Shown in pieces: positions 49,188-58,928 of a stretch of 64,000 bases of DNA. The stretch is taken from assembly GCA_963803805.1 (NCBI GenBank), contig CAWDOD010000002.1, positions 1,088,001 to 1,152,000 on the forward strand. The letters are read 5' to 3'. Below the pieces are notes generated by a model. The model was given only the letters and a program-made list of their open reading frames with translations, was not told the origin of the DNA and ran no database searches. The position numbers and the translations under genes are program-made. This stretch comes from an uncultured cyanobacterium (GTDB lineage: Bacteria > Cyanobacteriota > Cyanobacteriia > Cyanobacteriales > CAWCAG01). Within the stretch, counting starts at the first letter, position 1, and every line of letters begins with the position of its first letter.

Positions 49188-50384
49188 ATGACAGTAGCAC
49201 GTCCTCATATTAAATCTAAAGCTCTTAAACCAGGTAGCCGCAAACCTGCTAAAGAATTGTGTAGCGAGTGTGGCTTGTGTGATACATATTACGTGCATTA
49301 TGTCAAAGAAGCTTGTGCTTTTCTTAATCAACAAATTTCTGAACTAGAAACCCAGGCACACGGGCGCAGCCGTAACTTGGATGACGACAATGAGTTATAC
49401 TTCGGTGTGCAAGAACAGATGATGGCAGCACGGAAAAAAGAACCTCTTCCTGGGGCGCAATGGACGGGTATTGTGAGTACTATTGCTTGTGAAATGCTTA
49501 ATCAAGGGATAGTTGAAGGGGTTATTTGTGTTCAAAATACCACTGAAGATCGTTTTCAACCAATGCCGGTGGTAGCAACAACGCCGGAGGAAGTACTTGC
49601 AGCGAAGGTTAATAAACCTACCCTTTCTCCTAACCTCTCTGTTTTAGAACAGGTAGAAAAATCTGGTTTCAAACGTTTATTAGTAATTGGTGTCGGTTGC
49701 CAAATTCAGGCTTTGCGGGCAGTTCAAAAGAATTTAGGGTTAGAAAAACTCTATGTTTTAGGAACTCCCTGTGTAGATAATGTTACTCGTGCCGGATTGC
49801 AGAAGTTCCTAGACACTACTAGTAAATCTCCAGATACGGTAGTACATTATGAGTTTATGCAAGACTTCCGTGTCCATTTTAAGCATGAAGACGGTTCCAT
49901 TGAAAAAGTCCCCTTCTTTGGCTTAAAAACTAACCAACTTAAGGATGTCTTTGCACCCTCTTGTATGAGTTGTTTTGATTATACTAACAGCTTAGCAGAT
50001 TTGGTTGTGGGTTATATGGGAGCGCCTTTTGGTTGGCAGTGGTTAACGGTACGCAACTCCCAAGGGCAAGAAATGCTTGATTTGGTAATGGCTCAGTTGG
50101 AGACTCAACCTGTTATGTCCCAAGGCGATCGCCACAATGCTGTGCAGCAAAGTATACCCGCCTACGATCAAGGCGTTACTTTACCCATGTGGGCAGCAAA
50201 ATTAATGGGGGTAGTGATTGAAAAAATTGGTCCCAAAGGCTTGGAATACGGACGCTTTTCCATTGACTCCCATTTCACCCGCAACTATTTGTATGTGAAA
50301 CGCAACTATCCCGAAAAGTTAGCTAATCATGTACCGGAATTTGCTAAACGTATTGTAGGGCAGTATAAGTTACCCGATGAGTAA
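49188..50384 (+). CDS. bciB: F420 hydrogenase beta-subunit family, ferredoxin-dependent 8-vinyl reductase
   Basis: CSECGLC, GAQWTGIV, GVGCQ, GTPCVDN, SCMSCFDY. Confidence 0.88.
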   Translation: MTVARPHIKSKALKPGSRKPAKELCSECGLCDTYYVHYVKEACAFLNQQISELETQAHGRSRNLDDDNELYFGVQEQMMAARKKEPLPGAQWTGIVSTIACEMLNQGIVEGVICVQNTTEDRFQPMPVVATTPEEVLAAKVNKPTLSPNLSVLEQVEKSGFKRLLVIGVGCQIQALRAVQKNLGLEKLYVLGTPCVDNVTRAGLQKFLDTTSKSPDTVVHYEFMQDFRVHFKHEDGSIEKVPFFGLKTNQLKDVFAPSCMSCFDYTNSLADLVVGYMGAPFGWQWLTVRNSQGQEMLDLVMAQLETQPVMSQGDRHNAVQQSIPAYDQGVTLPMWAAKLMGVVIEKIGPKGLEYGRFSIDSHFTRNYLYVKRNYPEKLANHVPEFAKRIVGQYKLPDE

Positions 50385-51186
50385 AATCAAAAACCTCAAA
50401 GTTGTCACCATCAACATTCTTTTTGAAATGGCCCAATGGGAACAACGTCGGGAAATTTTAGTAGAAGGGTTAAGGGCAGAAAATGCCGATTTAATTGCCC
50501 TGCAAGAAGTTAAGCTGCCGGAGGATCATAGTGCTTGGTTAGCCCAACAACTCAATCTACCTTATATCCATTTAGTCCCCTACCAACCATCAGAAATTAA
50601 ACATATTCCTCTCTACGGGGCAGCTATTCTTAGTCGCTATCCCTTTAGTGAAAAAGCAATTCTCGATTTACAATCTCAAGGTAGAAAAGCTCAATATGTG
50701 CAAATAGAATGGCAAGGGAAACCTTTAATATTTTGCAATGGCCATTATTATTGGTATCCAGGCCCTTCCCCAGAAAGGGTAAAACAGATAGAATTACTTC
50801 TTAAATGGTTGGGTGGCTTACCTCAAGAAACTCCTATCATTGCTGTAGGAGACTTTAATGGTACTCCTGATACTCCTGCGATCGCTAAAATGGGAGAACA
50901 TTTTACTTCTGCCTACGCAGCTTATCATGGTCAAGAACCAGAATACACCTGTCCTACCCCTTTAGTTTGGCATGGTTGGCAACGTAAATTGCACTCATTT
51001 AAGCTCAATTTACTCAGAAACCGTAGCTTTAAACTCTGGCGCGGTACACTAGATTATATTTTTATTAATAAGCATCTAGAAGTAAAAGATTGCCGCCTTA
51101 TTCTTAATCAACCTCTACCCAATAGTCCCACTCTTTATCCTTCTGATCACTTTGGTATCGCAGCTTTGCTAACTGCCAGATGTTAA
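50377..51186 (+). CDS. Endonuclease/exonuclease/phosphatase family protein
   Basis: ALQEV, GDFN, LDYIF, PSDH. Confidence 0.92.
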   Translation: MSKIKNLKVVTINILFEMAQWEQRREILVEGLRAENADLIALQEVKLPEDHSAWLAQQLNLPYIHLVPYQPSEIKHIPLYGAAILSRYPFSEKAILDLQSQGRKAQYVQIEWQGKPLIFCNGHYYWYPGPSPERVKQIELLLKWLGGLPQETPIIAVGDFNGTPDTPAIAKMGEHFTSAYAAYHGQEPEYTCPTPLVWHGWQRKLHSFKLNLLRNRSFKLWRGTLDYIFINKHLEVKDCRLILNQPLPNSPTLYPSDHFGIAALLTARC

Positions 51187-51224
51187 ACTGAAAGTAGCTC
51201 AAAATCCTGCAACGAGCCGCAATA

Positions 51225-51292
51225 ATGCAGTTACAAACAACACCAAAGCTTTTTATACTCCAGAGGAATATTTGGAACTTGAAGAACAAGCT
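51225..51292 (+). pseudogene. Uma2-family endonuclease 5' fragment
   Basis: MQLQTTPKL, then after a frameshift YTPEEYLELEEQA, a typical Uma2 N-terminus; runs into heptamer repeats. Confidence 0.6.
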
Positions 51293-51320
51293 AATGGCTA
51301 GTCGCTAGTTGCTAGTTGCC
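51290..51320 (+). repeat. Degenerate heptamer repeats (GCTARTN)
   Basis: gctaatg gctagtc gctagtt gctagtt gcc. Confidence 0.8.
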
Positions 51321-51371
51321 AAAATCTTATACTTGATGAGGATATTTTATTTATTGGAGTTATCTAACTGA

Positions 51372-53102
51372 TCAATGATCATTGATAATTGAAACAGGAA
51401 TTTCAATAATAAACTCAGAACCCTTGCCAGGAGTAGAAATACACCAAAGTTGTCCGCCGTGTTTTTCGACAATAATTTGATGGGAAATTGACAATCCTAA
51501 ACCTGTGCCTTTACCAACAGATTTGGTTGTAAAGAAAGGATCAAAAAGGCGAGAATGAACTTCTTCTGTCATTCCTGGGCCATTATCAGCAATTCTGACT
51601 ACCACTCGGTTATCTTCTTTAACTTCTGTACGGATCACAACTTGAGGCCGAAAGCAAGAATTAACGTTTTGTTGTTGTTCATGGAACTCTTTTAAAGCAT
51701 CAACAGCATTAGCTATGATGTTCATAAATACTTGGTTGATTTGTCCAGGATGGCATTTGATGCGGGGTAAACTAGTGTAGTCTTTGATTACTTGAATACC
51801 AGGGAAACTCGATTTTGCTTTGAGTTTATTGCCGAGAATCATTAAAGTATTGTTGATACCTTCGTGCAAGTCGGCGTATTTTTTTCCCTTCTCATCTAAA
51901 CGGGAGAAATTCTTTAGCGATCGCACAATTTCACAAATTCTTTCTGTACCTACTTGCATCGAAGCAAGCAATTTTGGTAAATCTTCTTGGAGAAATTCTA
52001 AATCAATATCTTCGGCTTTCTCTTCTATTTCCGGAATTGGTTCAGTTACTTTATCTTGATACAGTTGCACCAATTTGAGGAGTTCTTCTGTATACTCCCT
52101 CGCATGGCTTAAGTTACCGTGAATAAAGCTAATGGGGTTATTTATTTCATGGGCAACCCCAGCAACCATTTGCCCTAAGCCAGACATCTTTTCTGTTTGA
52201 ATTAGTTGCGATTGAGTATGCTGTAGTTTATCTAGGGTTTTCTGAAGGTTCAAAGCTTGGGACTCTGCTTTAGCTGCAAACTTCTGTGATTCTTTACTCC
52301 GACGGGAAAGCTGAATAAAATGATTAAGGGAAGTACGCGAAGCAACCATACCAGCAATAACTGCTGAGAGTAAAATACTAATAATAATAATTTGTTTGCC
52401 TACTACTTGAGATGCTTGGTTATTGAGTTCTTCTTGTTTAACTTTTTCCCTGGCTTTTTGGAGTATAGTTACTAATTCTTGGTTAAGCTGATCAAGGTTT
52501 GAGAGTTGTTTCTCAGCCTTATCAAAGTTTTCTGAATTTTGCAGGGCAGAGTTGATTTCTTGGGAGTATAAATTTATTTGAATAGTATAATTTCGCAGCA
52601 AATCCCGCAATACATTGGGTTTTTCTACTAGAACCAAGGGACGGCTAGTTACAAACTTATCTAGCTTACTACGAGCATTGTTAACTCGTCTAACATTTCC
52701 GGCTAAATTAATCTCTTTGTTATTAGGTTCTTCTGAATTGTCTACAAAAGAAATTAAGCGGTAGCTATTAAATTGAGTTTCTTCTACACTGAATTTGAAC
52801 TCTTCTAATAGTTCACTTTGTTCCCTGGCATTAGCTAACCTTTTAACCCCTTGGTCTTGCTGATAATCAGCAATAAGTAAACCAATTAAAGGGCCAAAAA
52901 AACCAATTCCTATAGACCAAAAATAACCATAGCTAGACTTTTCCGGAAGCCTCCAAGTCCTACCTTTAAGCTGCCACCCTAGCTCCGCTTCAACTACTTC
53001 TCCCTCTGGAGATGGAGAAGTAGTTGAATTGGAATCTTGAGTTAACAAAACCGTATCATTAGCTACTGTTTTTGGTGCATTTATAAGCTTATGGAGTACC
53101 AT
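51372..53102 (-). CDS. Membrane sensor histidine kinase
   Basis: Two TMs, AHEINNP, NQVFMNIIANAVDA, DNGPG, FFTTKSVGKGTGLGL. Confidence 0.92.
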   Translation of the reverse strand: MVLHKLINAPKTVANDTVLLTQDSNSTTSPSPEGEVVEAELGWQLKGRTWRLPEKSSYGYFWSIGIGFFGPLIGLLIADYQQDQGVKRLANAREQSELLEEFKFSVEETQFNSYRLISFVDNSEEPNNKEINLAGNVRRVNNARSKLDKFVTSRPLVLVEKPNVLRDLLRNYTIQINLYSQEINSALQNSENFDKAEKQLSNLDQLNQELVTILQKAREKVKQEELNNQASQVVGKQIIIISILLSAVIAGMVASRTSLNHFIQLSRRSKESQKFAAKAESQALNLQKTLDKLQHTQSQLIQTEKMSGLGQMVAGVAHEINNPISFIHGNLSHAREYTEELLKLVQLYQDKVTEPIPEIEEKAEDIDLEFLQEDLPKLLASMQVGTERICEIVRSLKNFSRLDEKGKKYADLHEGINNTLMILGNKLKAKSSFPGIQVIKDYTSLPRIKCHPGQINQVFMNIIANAVDALKEFHEQQQNVNSCFRPQVVIRTEVKEDNRVVVRIADNGPGMTEEVHSRLFDPFFTTKSVGKGTGLGLSISHQIIVEKHGGQLWCISTPGKGSEFIIEIPVSIINDH

Positions 53103-53244
53103 TTGTTTAAGCTCCGAATTTGAGGAAAAAGGTATAAAACTTTGGGACTAAAGATAAGCTGCACCACCAATTCTTAATAAGTATAAATCCTGTTTAGGAT
53201 GAATTCACAGATTTTCTCAAAAATTCTAACAAAAACTAATATTT

Positions 53245-53741
53245 CTACTCTAAGCCATTGGGGGTAATTTGCTCATAATATTCAAAAGGTTGATGAATCC
53301 AAGGATTATCAGATAAATAATTGACGCAGTAATCAGGGACAAAAATAGAGCAAGCTTTATGCCAAAGAACTGCTGTACGAATTTCTTCTATATCGTTAGA
53401 ATGATTTTTTTTAACCAGTTAACTGCTTCAGCAAGACTTTGGCCAGAGTCCACTAAATCATCTACCAATAGCACTTTGCTGCCCACCGAAGAGGTTGTCA
53501 TTGCTAAATGCTCAGAGAAAGTTAATGGGCCACGAATTTTACCGTCACAACCGCTGTAGGAGGAACCTGAAAGGATAGCTAAGGGTTTTTCATAAATACG
53601 AGACAGAAGATCCCCAACCCGTAACCCTCCCCTGGCAATACAAACAATTTGCTCAAAATCCCAGAGATCGCGATAAATTTTAACAGCTAAGGTTTCAATT
53701 AGGTTATGGTACTCTGACCATGACACATAAAGGTCTGACAT
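53245..53741 (-). pseudogene. Phosphoribosyltransferase family protein with frameshift in an A8 run (53405-53412)
   Basis: IARGG and LLVDDLVDSG, then the -1 frame continues EIRTAVLWHKACSIFVPDY...NPWIHQPFE to a stop at 53245. Confidence 0.85.
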
Positions 53742-53806
53742 ATTAATCAGTTATCAGTTATCAATGATCAATGATCATTGATTAGTTATTAATAATCAAC
53801 AATATA

Positions 53807-55207
53807 ATGACTGCGAAAAATAAATTAAGTTTTATCAACAAAGTTGCTTACGGGGTGGGGGATCTTGGGGCTGGGGTTACTTCAACCTTAATCGTTTTTT
53901 CTTTACTGATTTTTCTTACCGATGTTGCTGGCTTAAGACCAGAATTAGCGGCGACAGTTCTTTTGATTGGTAAAATTTGGGATGCTTTGATGGACCCGAT
54001 AGTAGGAATATTAAGCGATCGCACTCGTCTTCGTTGGGGCCGTCGCCATTCTTGGATGCTTTTGGGTGCGCTACCTTTGGGTCTTTCTTTCTTCCTTTAT
54101 TGGATTGTACCTGATTTTAGTAGCGATCCTGATACTAATCAGTGGCTTTTGTTTGGCTATTACGTTGTGGTTGGCCTCTTATTTAATACAGCTTTCACCT
54201 GCGTTAATATCCCTTATTCTGCCCTGACTCCAGAGTTAACAGATGATTATGATGAACGGACAAGTTTAAATAGTTTTCGCTTTGTCTTTTCCATTAGTGG
54301 TAGTCTTTTTGCTTTAGCTTTTGGACAGTTGATTTTTCAAATTATTCCTGACCCTCAACAAAGATTTCTGATTTTAGCCTCTGTCTGCGCTTGTTTAGCG
54401 ATCATTCCTACTTATTTATGTGTTTGGGGAACAACAGACCCTTCAGTAGAACGTAATCAAAATCCGCAAGCAACTTCTACTGAAGCTATATCTTTACCAG
54501 AACAATTAAAAATCGTTTTTAGCAACCGTCCTTTTCTGTTTGTAATTGGTATTTATCTCTGTTCTTGGTTAGCTTTTCAATTAACCGCTGCCACTATTTC
54601 TTATTATCTAATTTATTGGATGGGGCAAGACTCCTTTTTCATTGCGGCTTTGGTGGTACAAGTTGTTGCCCTAATTATGTTGCTGGTTTGGACTGAAGTT
54701 AGTAAAAAAGTTGGTCGTCGGGCAGTTTATTTTATGGGAATGAGTCTTTGGATTGTGGCTCAAGGGGCGCTTTTCTTCTTACCTAGAGATCAAATTGGTT
54801 TAATGTATTTCCTGTTTGTCTTAGCGGGCTTTGGTATTGCTACTGTTTATTTAGTTCCTTGGTCGATGTTACCTGATGTAACTGACTTAGATGAATATCG
54901 TAGCGGTAAAAGAAGGGAAGGTATTTTTTATGCTTTTATGATTTTGCTACAAAAAATTGGTTTAGCTTTAGGTATTTGGCTGGTTGGGCAAGGTTTATCT
55001 TTTGCGGGTTACATTAAACCCCAAGGAGGAAAAGAAGTATTAGAACAACCAGAATCTGCTTTATTGGTAATTCGCCTTTTTGTCGGTCCTTTACCAACAA
55101 TTTTCCTGATTGGTGGCTTAATTCTCGCCTATTTTTATCCCCTTACTAAAGAAGTTCATGCTGATATTATGCTGCAATTAAAAGAAAGAAGAAATTCAAA
55201 CATTTAG
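53807..55207 (+). CDS. GPH (MelB-like) family MFS transporter
   Basis: KIWDALMDPIVGILSDRTR, PYSALTPELT, DEYRSGKRREG. Confidence 0.92.
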   Translation: MTAKNKLSFINKVAYGVGDLGAGVTSTLIVFSLLIFLTDVAGLRPELAATVLLIGKIWDALMDPIVGILSDRTRLRWGRRHSWMLLGALPLGLSFFLYWIVPDFSSDPDTNQWLLFGYYVVVGLLFNTAFTCVNIPYSALTPELTDDYDERTSLNSFRFVFSISGSLFALAFGQLIFQIIPDPQQRFLILASVCACLAIIPTYLCVWGTTDPSVERNQNPQATSTEAISLPEQLKIVFSNRPFLFVIGIYLCSWLAFQLTAATISYYLIYWMGQDSFFIAALVVQVVALIMLLVWTEVSKKVGRRAVYFMGMSLWIVAQGALFFLPRDQIGLMYFLFVLAGFGIATVYLVPWSMLPDVTDLDEYRSGKRREGIFYAFMILLQKIGLALGIWLVGQGLSFAGYIKPQGGKEVLEQPESALLVIRLFVGPLPTIFLIGGLILAYFYPLTKEVHADIMLQLKERRNSNI

Positions 55208-55243
55208 GTATAAGAAAATATTTATATAATAATCATTGATAAT

Positions 55244-55885
55244 TTACCTCACTAAGGTGACATTAAGTTTATAACCTTCAAAATTTCCATCAAAATCCTC
55301 TAAAGTTACTGGATTTAATTCAGGGCCAATCCACAAATAACTGCTTACTTCACCCTCAGTAACAGTTGCTCTATATTCGCCATATTTTTTAGCTACTTCT
55401 TGAGCCATTTCTGCAAAAGAAAGTTCGGCTTTTAAATCAGGCTCAAAAACTAGTAGAATCGACTGAAGATGTTTGGGTTCCCCAGCACTATTTTTAGCAA
55501 AATAAAGCTCGTAGCTTTGTAATCCCGGTACATCCTGAACCTTGACTTGACTGAATCCAAATTCAGAGACTTTCTCTGCCCCTGGTAAAACTTTACTCAC
55601 TTCTTCTGGGTTCATACCTCTTTTTAAATCCTTTTGCGCAATTACTTTAGGAAGCCAACTATCTTGTTTTGTTCCTAAAATTGCAGCAATTTTATTTTCA
55701 GTACTTTCAGGATTAAAAGCAGGATTTGCTTCTGTCGATGCTGTGAACTCACCAGAAATATTTTCTTGTTTTTGTTTTTCTACTGATCTACTACTACTTA
55801 GGGGTTCAGAGTGGCTACAACTGTTAAGTATTAGAAATGAAGCTATTAACAGGAAAGCACAAGATTTTTTATGGTTCATTGTCAA
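55244..55885 (-). CDS. Hypothetical lipoprotein
   Basis: Signal peptide with lipobox-like LNSC. Confidence 0.7.
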   Translation of the reverse strand: MTMNHKKSCAFLLIASFLILNSCSHSEPLSSSRSVEKQKQENISGEFTASTEANPAFNPESTENKIAAILGTKQDSWLPKVIAQKDLKRGMNPEEVSKVLPGAEKVSEFGFSQVKVQDVPGLQSYELYFAKNSAGEPKHLQSILLVFEPDLKAELSFAEMAQEVAKKYGEYRATVTEGEVSSYLWIGPELNPVTLEDFDGNFEGYKLNVTLVR

Positions 55886-56051
55886 GGTTCACTCTCTATT
55901 AGTTAAGTACTACTATCGAAACTATACAAAGTAGTCAGGTTAGATTCCTGAAAATTGCAGAGATCTTAACTTACAGTTATAGAGTATGGGTCAAAATCTT
56001 AATTTCTAATTTTTAATTAATGCTGTTTCCTGTTGCCTTTTCTCTTTTATA

Positions 56052-57767
56052 CTAAAACAACCGGTAATTAATACTAAAATAAATCCCATTTTCTTGTAAG
56101 CTATCGCCACTAGTATTCAAGTCTATTAAAGGAATTCCCCAATCTAATTGAGCATTTAAACGATCTCCTATCCCCAAACGTAAACCCAAACCAACAGAAG
56201 TTAAGGTACTAGTTTCTAAGCTACTGACAGAATTTTTATTGTTCCAAACAGTACCAAAGTCCATAAAAGGTGCTAATTGTAAATTAGTTTCCCAGCTAGG
56301 AATGCGGAGAATAGGAAAGCGTAATTCCGCAGAAGCAAATAAGCCATTATCTGCTAATAAACTATCTTGACGATAGCCCCTTACTGTGGCTGCCCCGCCA
56401 ATACTAAATTGCTCTAAGGATACTAAAGATTGCTTAGCTAGTTGTAAATCTCCCCGTAAAAGTAAGATGACATCTGGGGTTAATAAGCGCAAATATTGTG
56501 CTTGTCCTCGCCAAGAAAAGAAAGTACTATCGGGAGAATTTTGGTTAATAGTAGAATTTAATAATCCGACACCCAAATTAAACTGCGATCGCACAGCAAG
56601 TACTTCTTGGCTACTTCTGGCTGTATATTCTTGAAACAAACGTATTGCAGAGATTTTTAATTCCCCATTATTATCTGCCCCTTCGGTAAGGGGAAAAGGG
56701 ATATCTAAAAGAGTGGTAGCAGATTCTTGCCGAGAAGCCGTTACACCGACAGCAAATTCTTCTGTGGGAGTTTGTTTAACAGGTTGGCGATAAGTTAATT
56801 CGTAATTCAGGGATTTGGATTGAATATCGAGGATATTAAAAGGTTCTTCAATAATATTGGTACGGGTACGACTATGGCGGAAACCGATAGTACCATTGCC
56901 GGGGTTGATGGGAAAGATATAATTAAAATCGTCTAAAGCATTGCTACCATCAGTGTTTGTATAACCAACCCTTAAAGTATCTCCGTAACCCAAAAGATTA
57001 TTGTGACTAGCTTCTAGACGACGGCGGAATGTTCCCACACTAGGCGATCGCTGATTATCTAAAGTTAATTGACTAGAAAAACCGTCATTCTCTTTAATTG
57101 TCACAATTAAGATACTTACCCCAGGGCGAGAACCTGCTGCTAATTCCACTGCCAAAGTAGCTATTCTCGGATCAAGTTGTAGGAGTTGTAGAGCTTCAAA
57201 CAGGCGGTTTTGATTTAAAGGAGTTTGGCTACCAACTTCGATGCGACTGCGAATGTAACTAGGTTTAAGCCTTTGTAACCCTTCAATAATAACTTCGTCT
57301 ACTCTCCCTTCAATGACTTGAATCTTAACTACTCCCTTGGTTAATTCTTGGGGGGGGATAAAAGCTCCGGAGGTGATGTATCCTTTATCAAAGTAGTATT
57401 GAGTGATTTTATCTTGAGTACGGAGAAGTTCAGCAAAGGAAATGGGTTCTGTCGTAAACTCTTTTAATAATTCATTAAATTCCTCTTGGCTAAAAACGCT
57501 ACTACCAATCACCTCGAAGCGTTGAACTTGAATTTCTCCTGGTATATCTTCTGGAGTAGGTAAGTTGGGGGTTTGAGGATTTTGATTGGGTTGCAATAAT
57601 TGCTCTGGTGGGGGTAGTAACTCCGAATCAGGAGACTCAGGAGACTCAGGAAGAATAGGTTCAGGAGTATTGGGAGGAACTGAAGGCGTTTGGGCTACTA
57701 CGGGGGCAGTTAAAAGTAGTAGAGAAATAGCATAAATTAAAGATGATATGGTTGGGGTGGGCGACAT
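56052..57767 (-). CDS. ShlB/FhaC/HecB (TpsB) outer-membrane protein
   Basis: Signal peptide, POTRA (YFDKGYITSGA), VRGY motif, terminal Phe. Confidence 0.93.
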   Translation of the reverse strand: MSPTPTISSLIYAISLLLLTAPVVAQTPSVPPNTPEPILPESPESPDSELLPPPEQLLQPNQNPQTPNLPTPEDIPGEIQVQRFEVIGSSVFSQEEFNELLKEFTTEPISFAELLRTQDKITQYYFDKGYITSGAFIPPQELTKGVVKIQVIEGRVDEVIIEGLQRLKPSYIRSRIEVGSQTPLNQNRLFEALQLLQLDPRIATLAVELAAGSRPGVSILIVTIKENDGFSSQLTLDNQRSPSVGTFRRRLEASHNNLLGYGDTLRVGYTNTDGSNALDDFNYIFPINPGNGTIGFRHSRTRTNIIEEPFNILDIQSKSLNYELTYRQPVKQTPTEEFAVGVTASRQESATTLLDIPFPLTEGADNNGELKISAIRLFQEYTARSSQEVLAVRSQFNLGVGLLNSTINQNSPDSTFFSWRGQAQYLRLLTPDVILLLRGDLQLAKQSLVSLEQFSIGGAATVRGYRQDSLLADNGLFASAELRFPILRIPSWETNLQLAPFMDFGTVWNNKNSVSSLETSTLTSVGLGLRLGIGDRLNAQLDWGIPLIDLNTSGDSLQENGIYFSINYRLF

Positions 57768-57883
57768 TAGCGAATAAGTCTCAAAATAATACGAATAAGT
57801 ACTACAAAGTTGCTCTACTTTTCCTCGTAATAACCATCAGGAATCAAATTTTACCCTCTCCAAGTCCCTCTTTGTACTTGCCA

Positions 57884-57930
57884 ACTCATAATGAATATGA
57901 GTAACATAAGGTAGTGCAAACTCATAATGA
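57884..57930. promoter_or_regulatory. PerR/Fur-like box(es) upstream of the peroxiredoxin
   Basis: ACTCATAAT-G-AATATGAGT (9-1-9, one mismatch) and a second AACTCATAATGA at 57919-57930. Confidence 0.5.
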
Positions 57931-57960
57931 CTACACTTTTTATTAAGGAAAAAATTCCAT

Positions 57961-58689
57961 ATGCTATCTAACTCAGAAGGAAAAAAAGTTCCTAATACCA
58001 CCTTCAGAACTCGCCAAAATAATGAGTGGGTTGATATCACCAGTGACGAACTATTTAAAGGAAAAACCGTGATCGTTTTCTCTTTGCCTGGTGCTTTTAC
58101 TCCTACCTGTTCTTCTGCACACTTACCAGGTTATAACAGTTTAGCACCAGTGTTTAAAGAGAATGGCGTTGATGACATTATTTGTATGTCTGTTAACGAC
58201 ACCTTCGTTATGAACGAATGGGCTAAAGATCAAGAAGCGGATAATATCACCCTGATTCCTGATGGCAACGGAGAATTCACCGAAGGAATGGGAATGTTGG
58301 TAGACAAAGCAGACTTAGGCTTTGGCAAGCGTTCTTGGCGTTACTCTATGTTAGTTAAAGATGGGGTAGTAGAAAAAATGTTTATTGAACCAGAGGTTCC
58401 CGGTGATCCTTTTGAAGTTTCTGATGCAGAAACCATGCTCAATTATATTAACCCCGAAGCTATTAAACCCCAACTAGTCTCTTTGTTTACAAAAATAGGT
58501 TGCCCTTTCTGTGCCAAAGCCAAGGCAATGTTAAAAGAACATGGTATGAGTTATGAAGAAATTATTGTTGGGCAAGATGCTTCGATGCAATCTTTACAAG
58601 CTGTAACTGGTGCAACCACAGTTCCCCAAGTCTTTATTGAAGGGAAATTGATCGGTGGCTCTGAAGCTTTAGAAGAGTATTTTGCTTAG
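57961..58689 (+). CDS. Hybrid peroxiredoxin (Prx5)-glutaredoxin
   Basis: [16 protein letters not shown]-terminal Grx CPFC and TVPQVFI..GG. Confidence 0.95.
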   Translation: MLSNSEGKKVPNTTFRTRQNNEWVDITSDELFKGKTVIVFSLPGAFTPTCSSAHLPGYNSLAPVFKENGVDDIICMSVNDTFVMNEWAKDQEADNITLIPDGNGEFTEGMGMLVDKADLGFGKRSWRYSMLVKDGVVEKMFIEPEVPGDPFEVSDAETMLNYINPEAIKPQLVSLFTKIGCPFCAKAKAMLKEHGMSYEEIIVGQDASMQSLQAVTGATTVPQVFIEGKLIGGSEALEEYFA

Positions 58690-58742
58690 AAGATTTTATA
58701 CTAATTCTCTTTAGTTATAACAACAGAGACAATTATTTAGGT

Positions 58743-58792
58743 AAGGGAAAAGGTTAAGGCTGCTGACAAAATTGCCTTTAACCTTTTCCCTT
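58743..58792. terminator. Long inverted repeat between convergent genes
   Basis: AAGGGAAAAGGTTAAGGC...GCCTTTAACCTTTTCCCTT. Confidence 0.7.
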
Positions 58793-58854
58793 TGACAAAG
58801 CTTCTACTTAGAGAACTCCAATAAATAAAATATCCTCACCAAGTCTAAGATTTG

Positions 58855-58885
58855 AGCAACTAGCAACTAGCAACTAGCCATTAGC
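58855..58885 (+). repeat. Heptamer tandem repeat (AGCAACT)x3 plus AGCCATT
   Basis: Read directly; same family as 4773 and 51290 in reverse orientation. Confidence 0.85.
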
Positions 58886-58928
58886 TTATCGCTTTTGGAT
58901 AAGTCTTTTCTTGACTCTCTCTAAATAA

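Noticed and set aside
8902-50384. acsF, cpcT, ycf54 and bciB in the same window as a possible pigment cluster
   Set aside because: Separated by many unrelated genes over about 40 kb; consistent with ordinary scattered cyanobacterial gene order.
56052-57767. TpsB without an adjacent TpsA passenger
   Set aside because: Unlinked TpsB genes are common in cyanobacteria; the partner may lie elsewhere.
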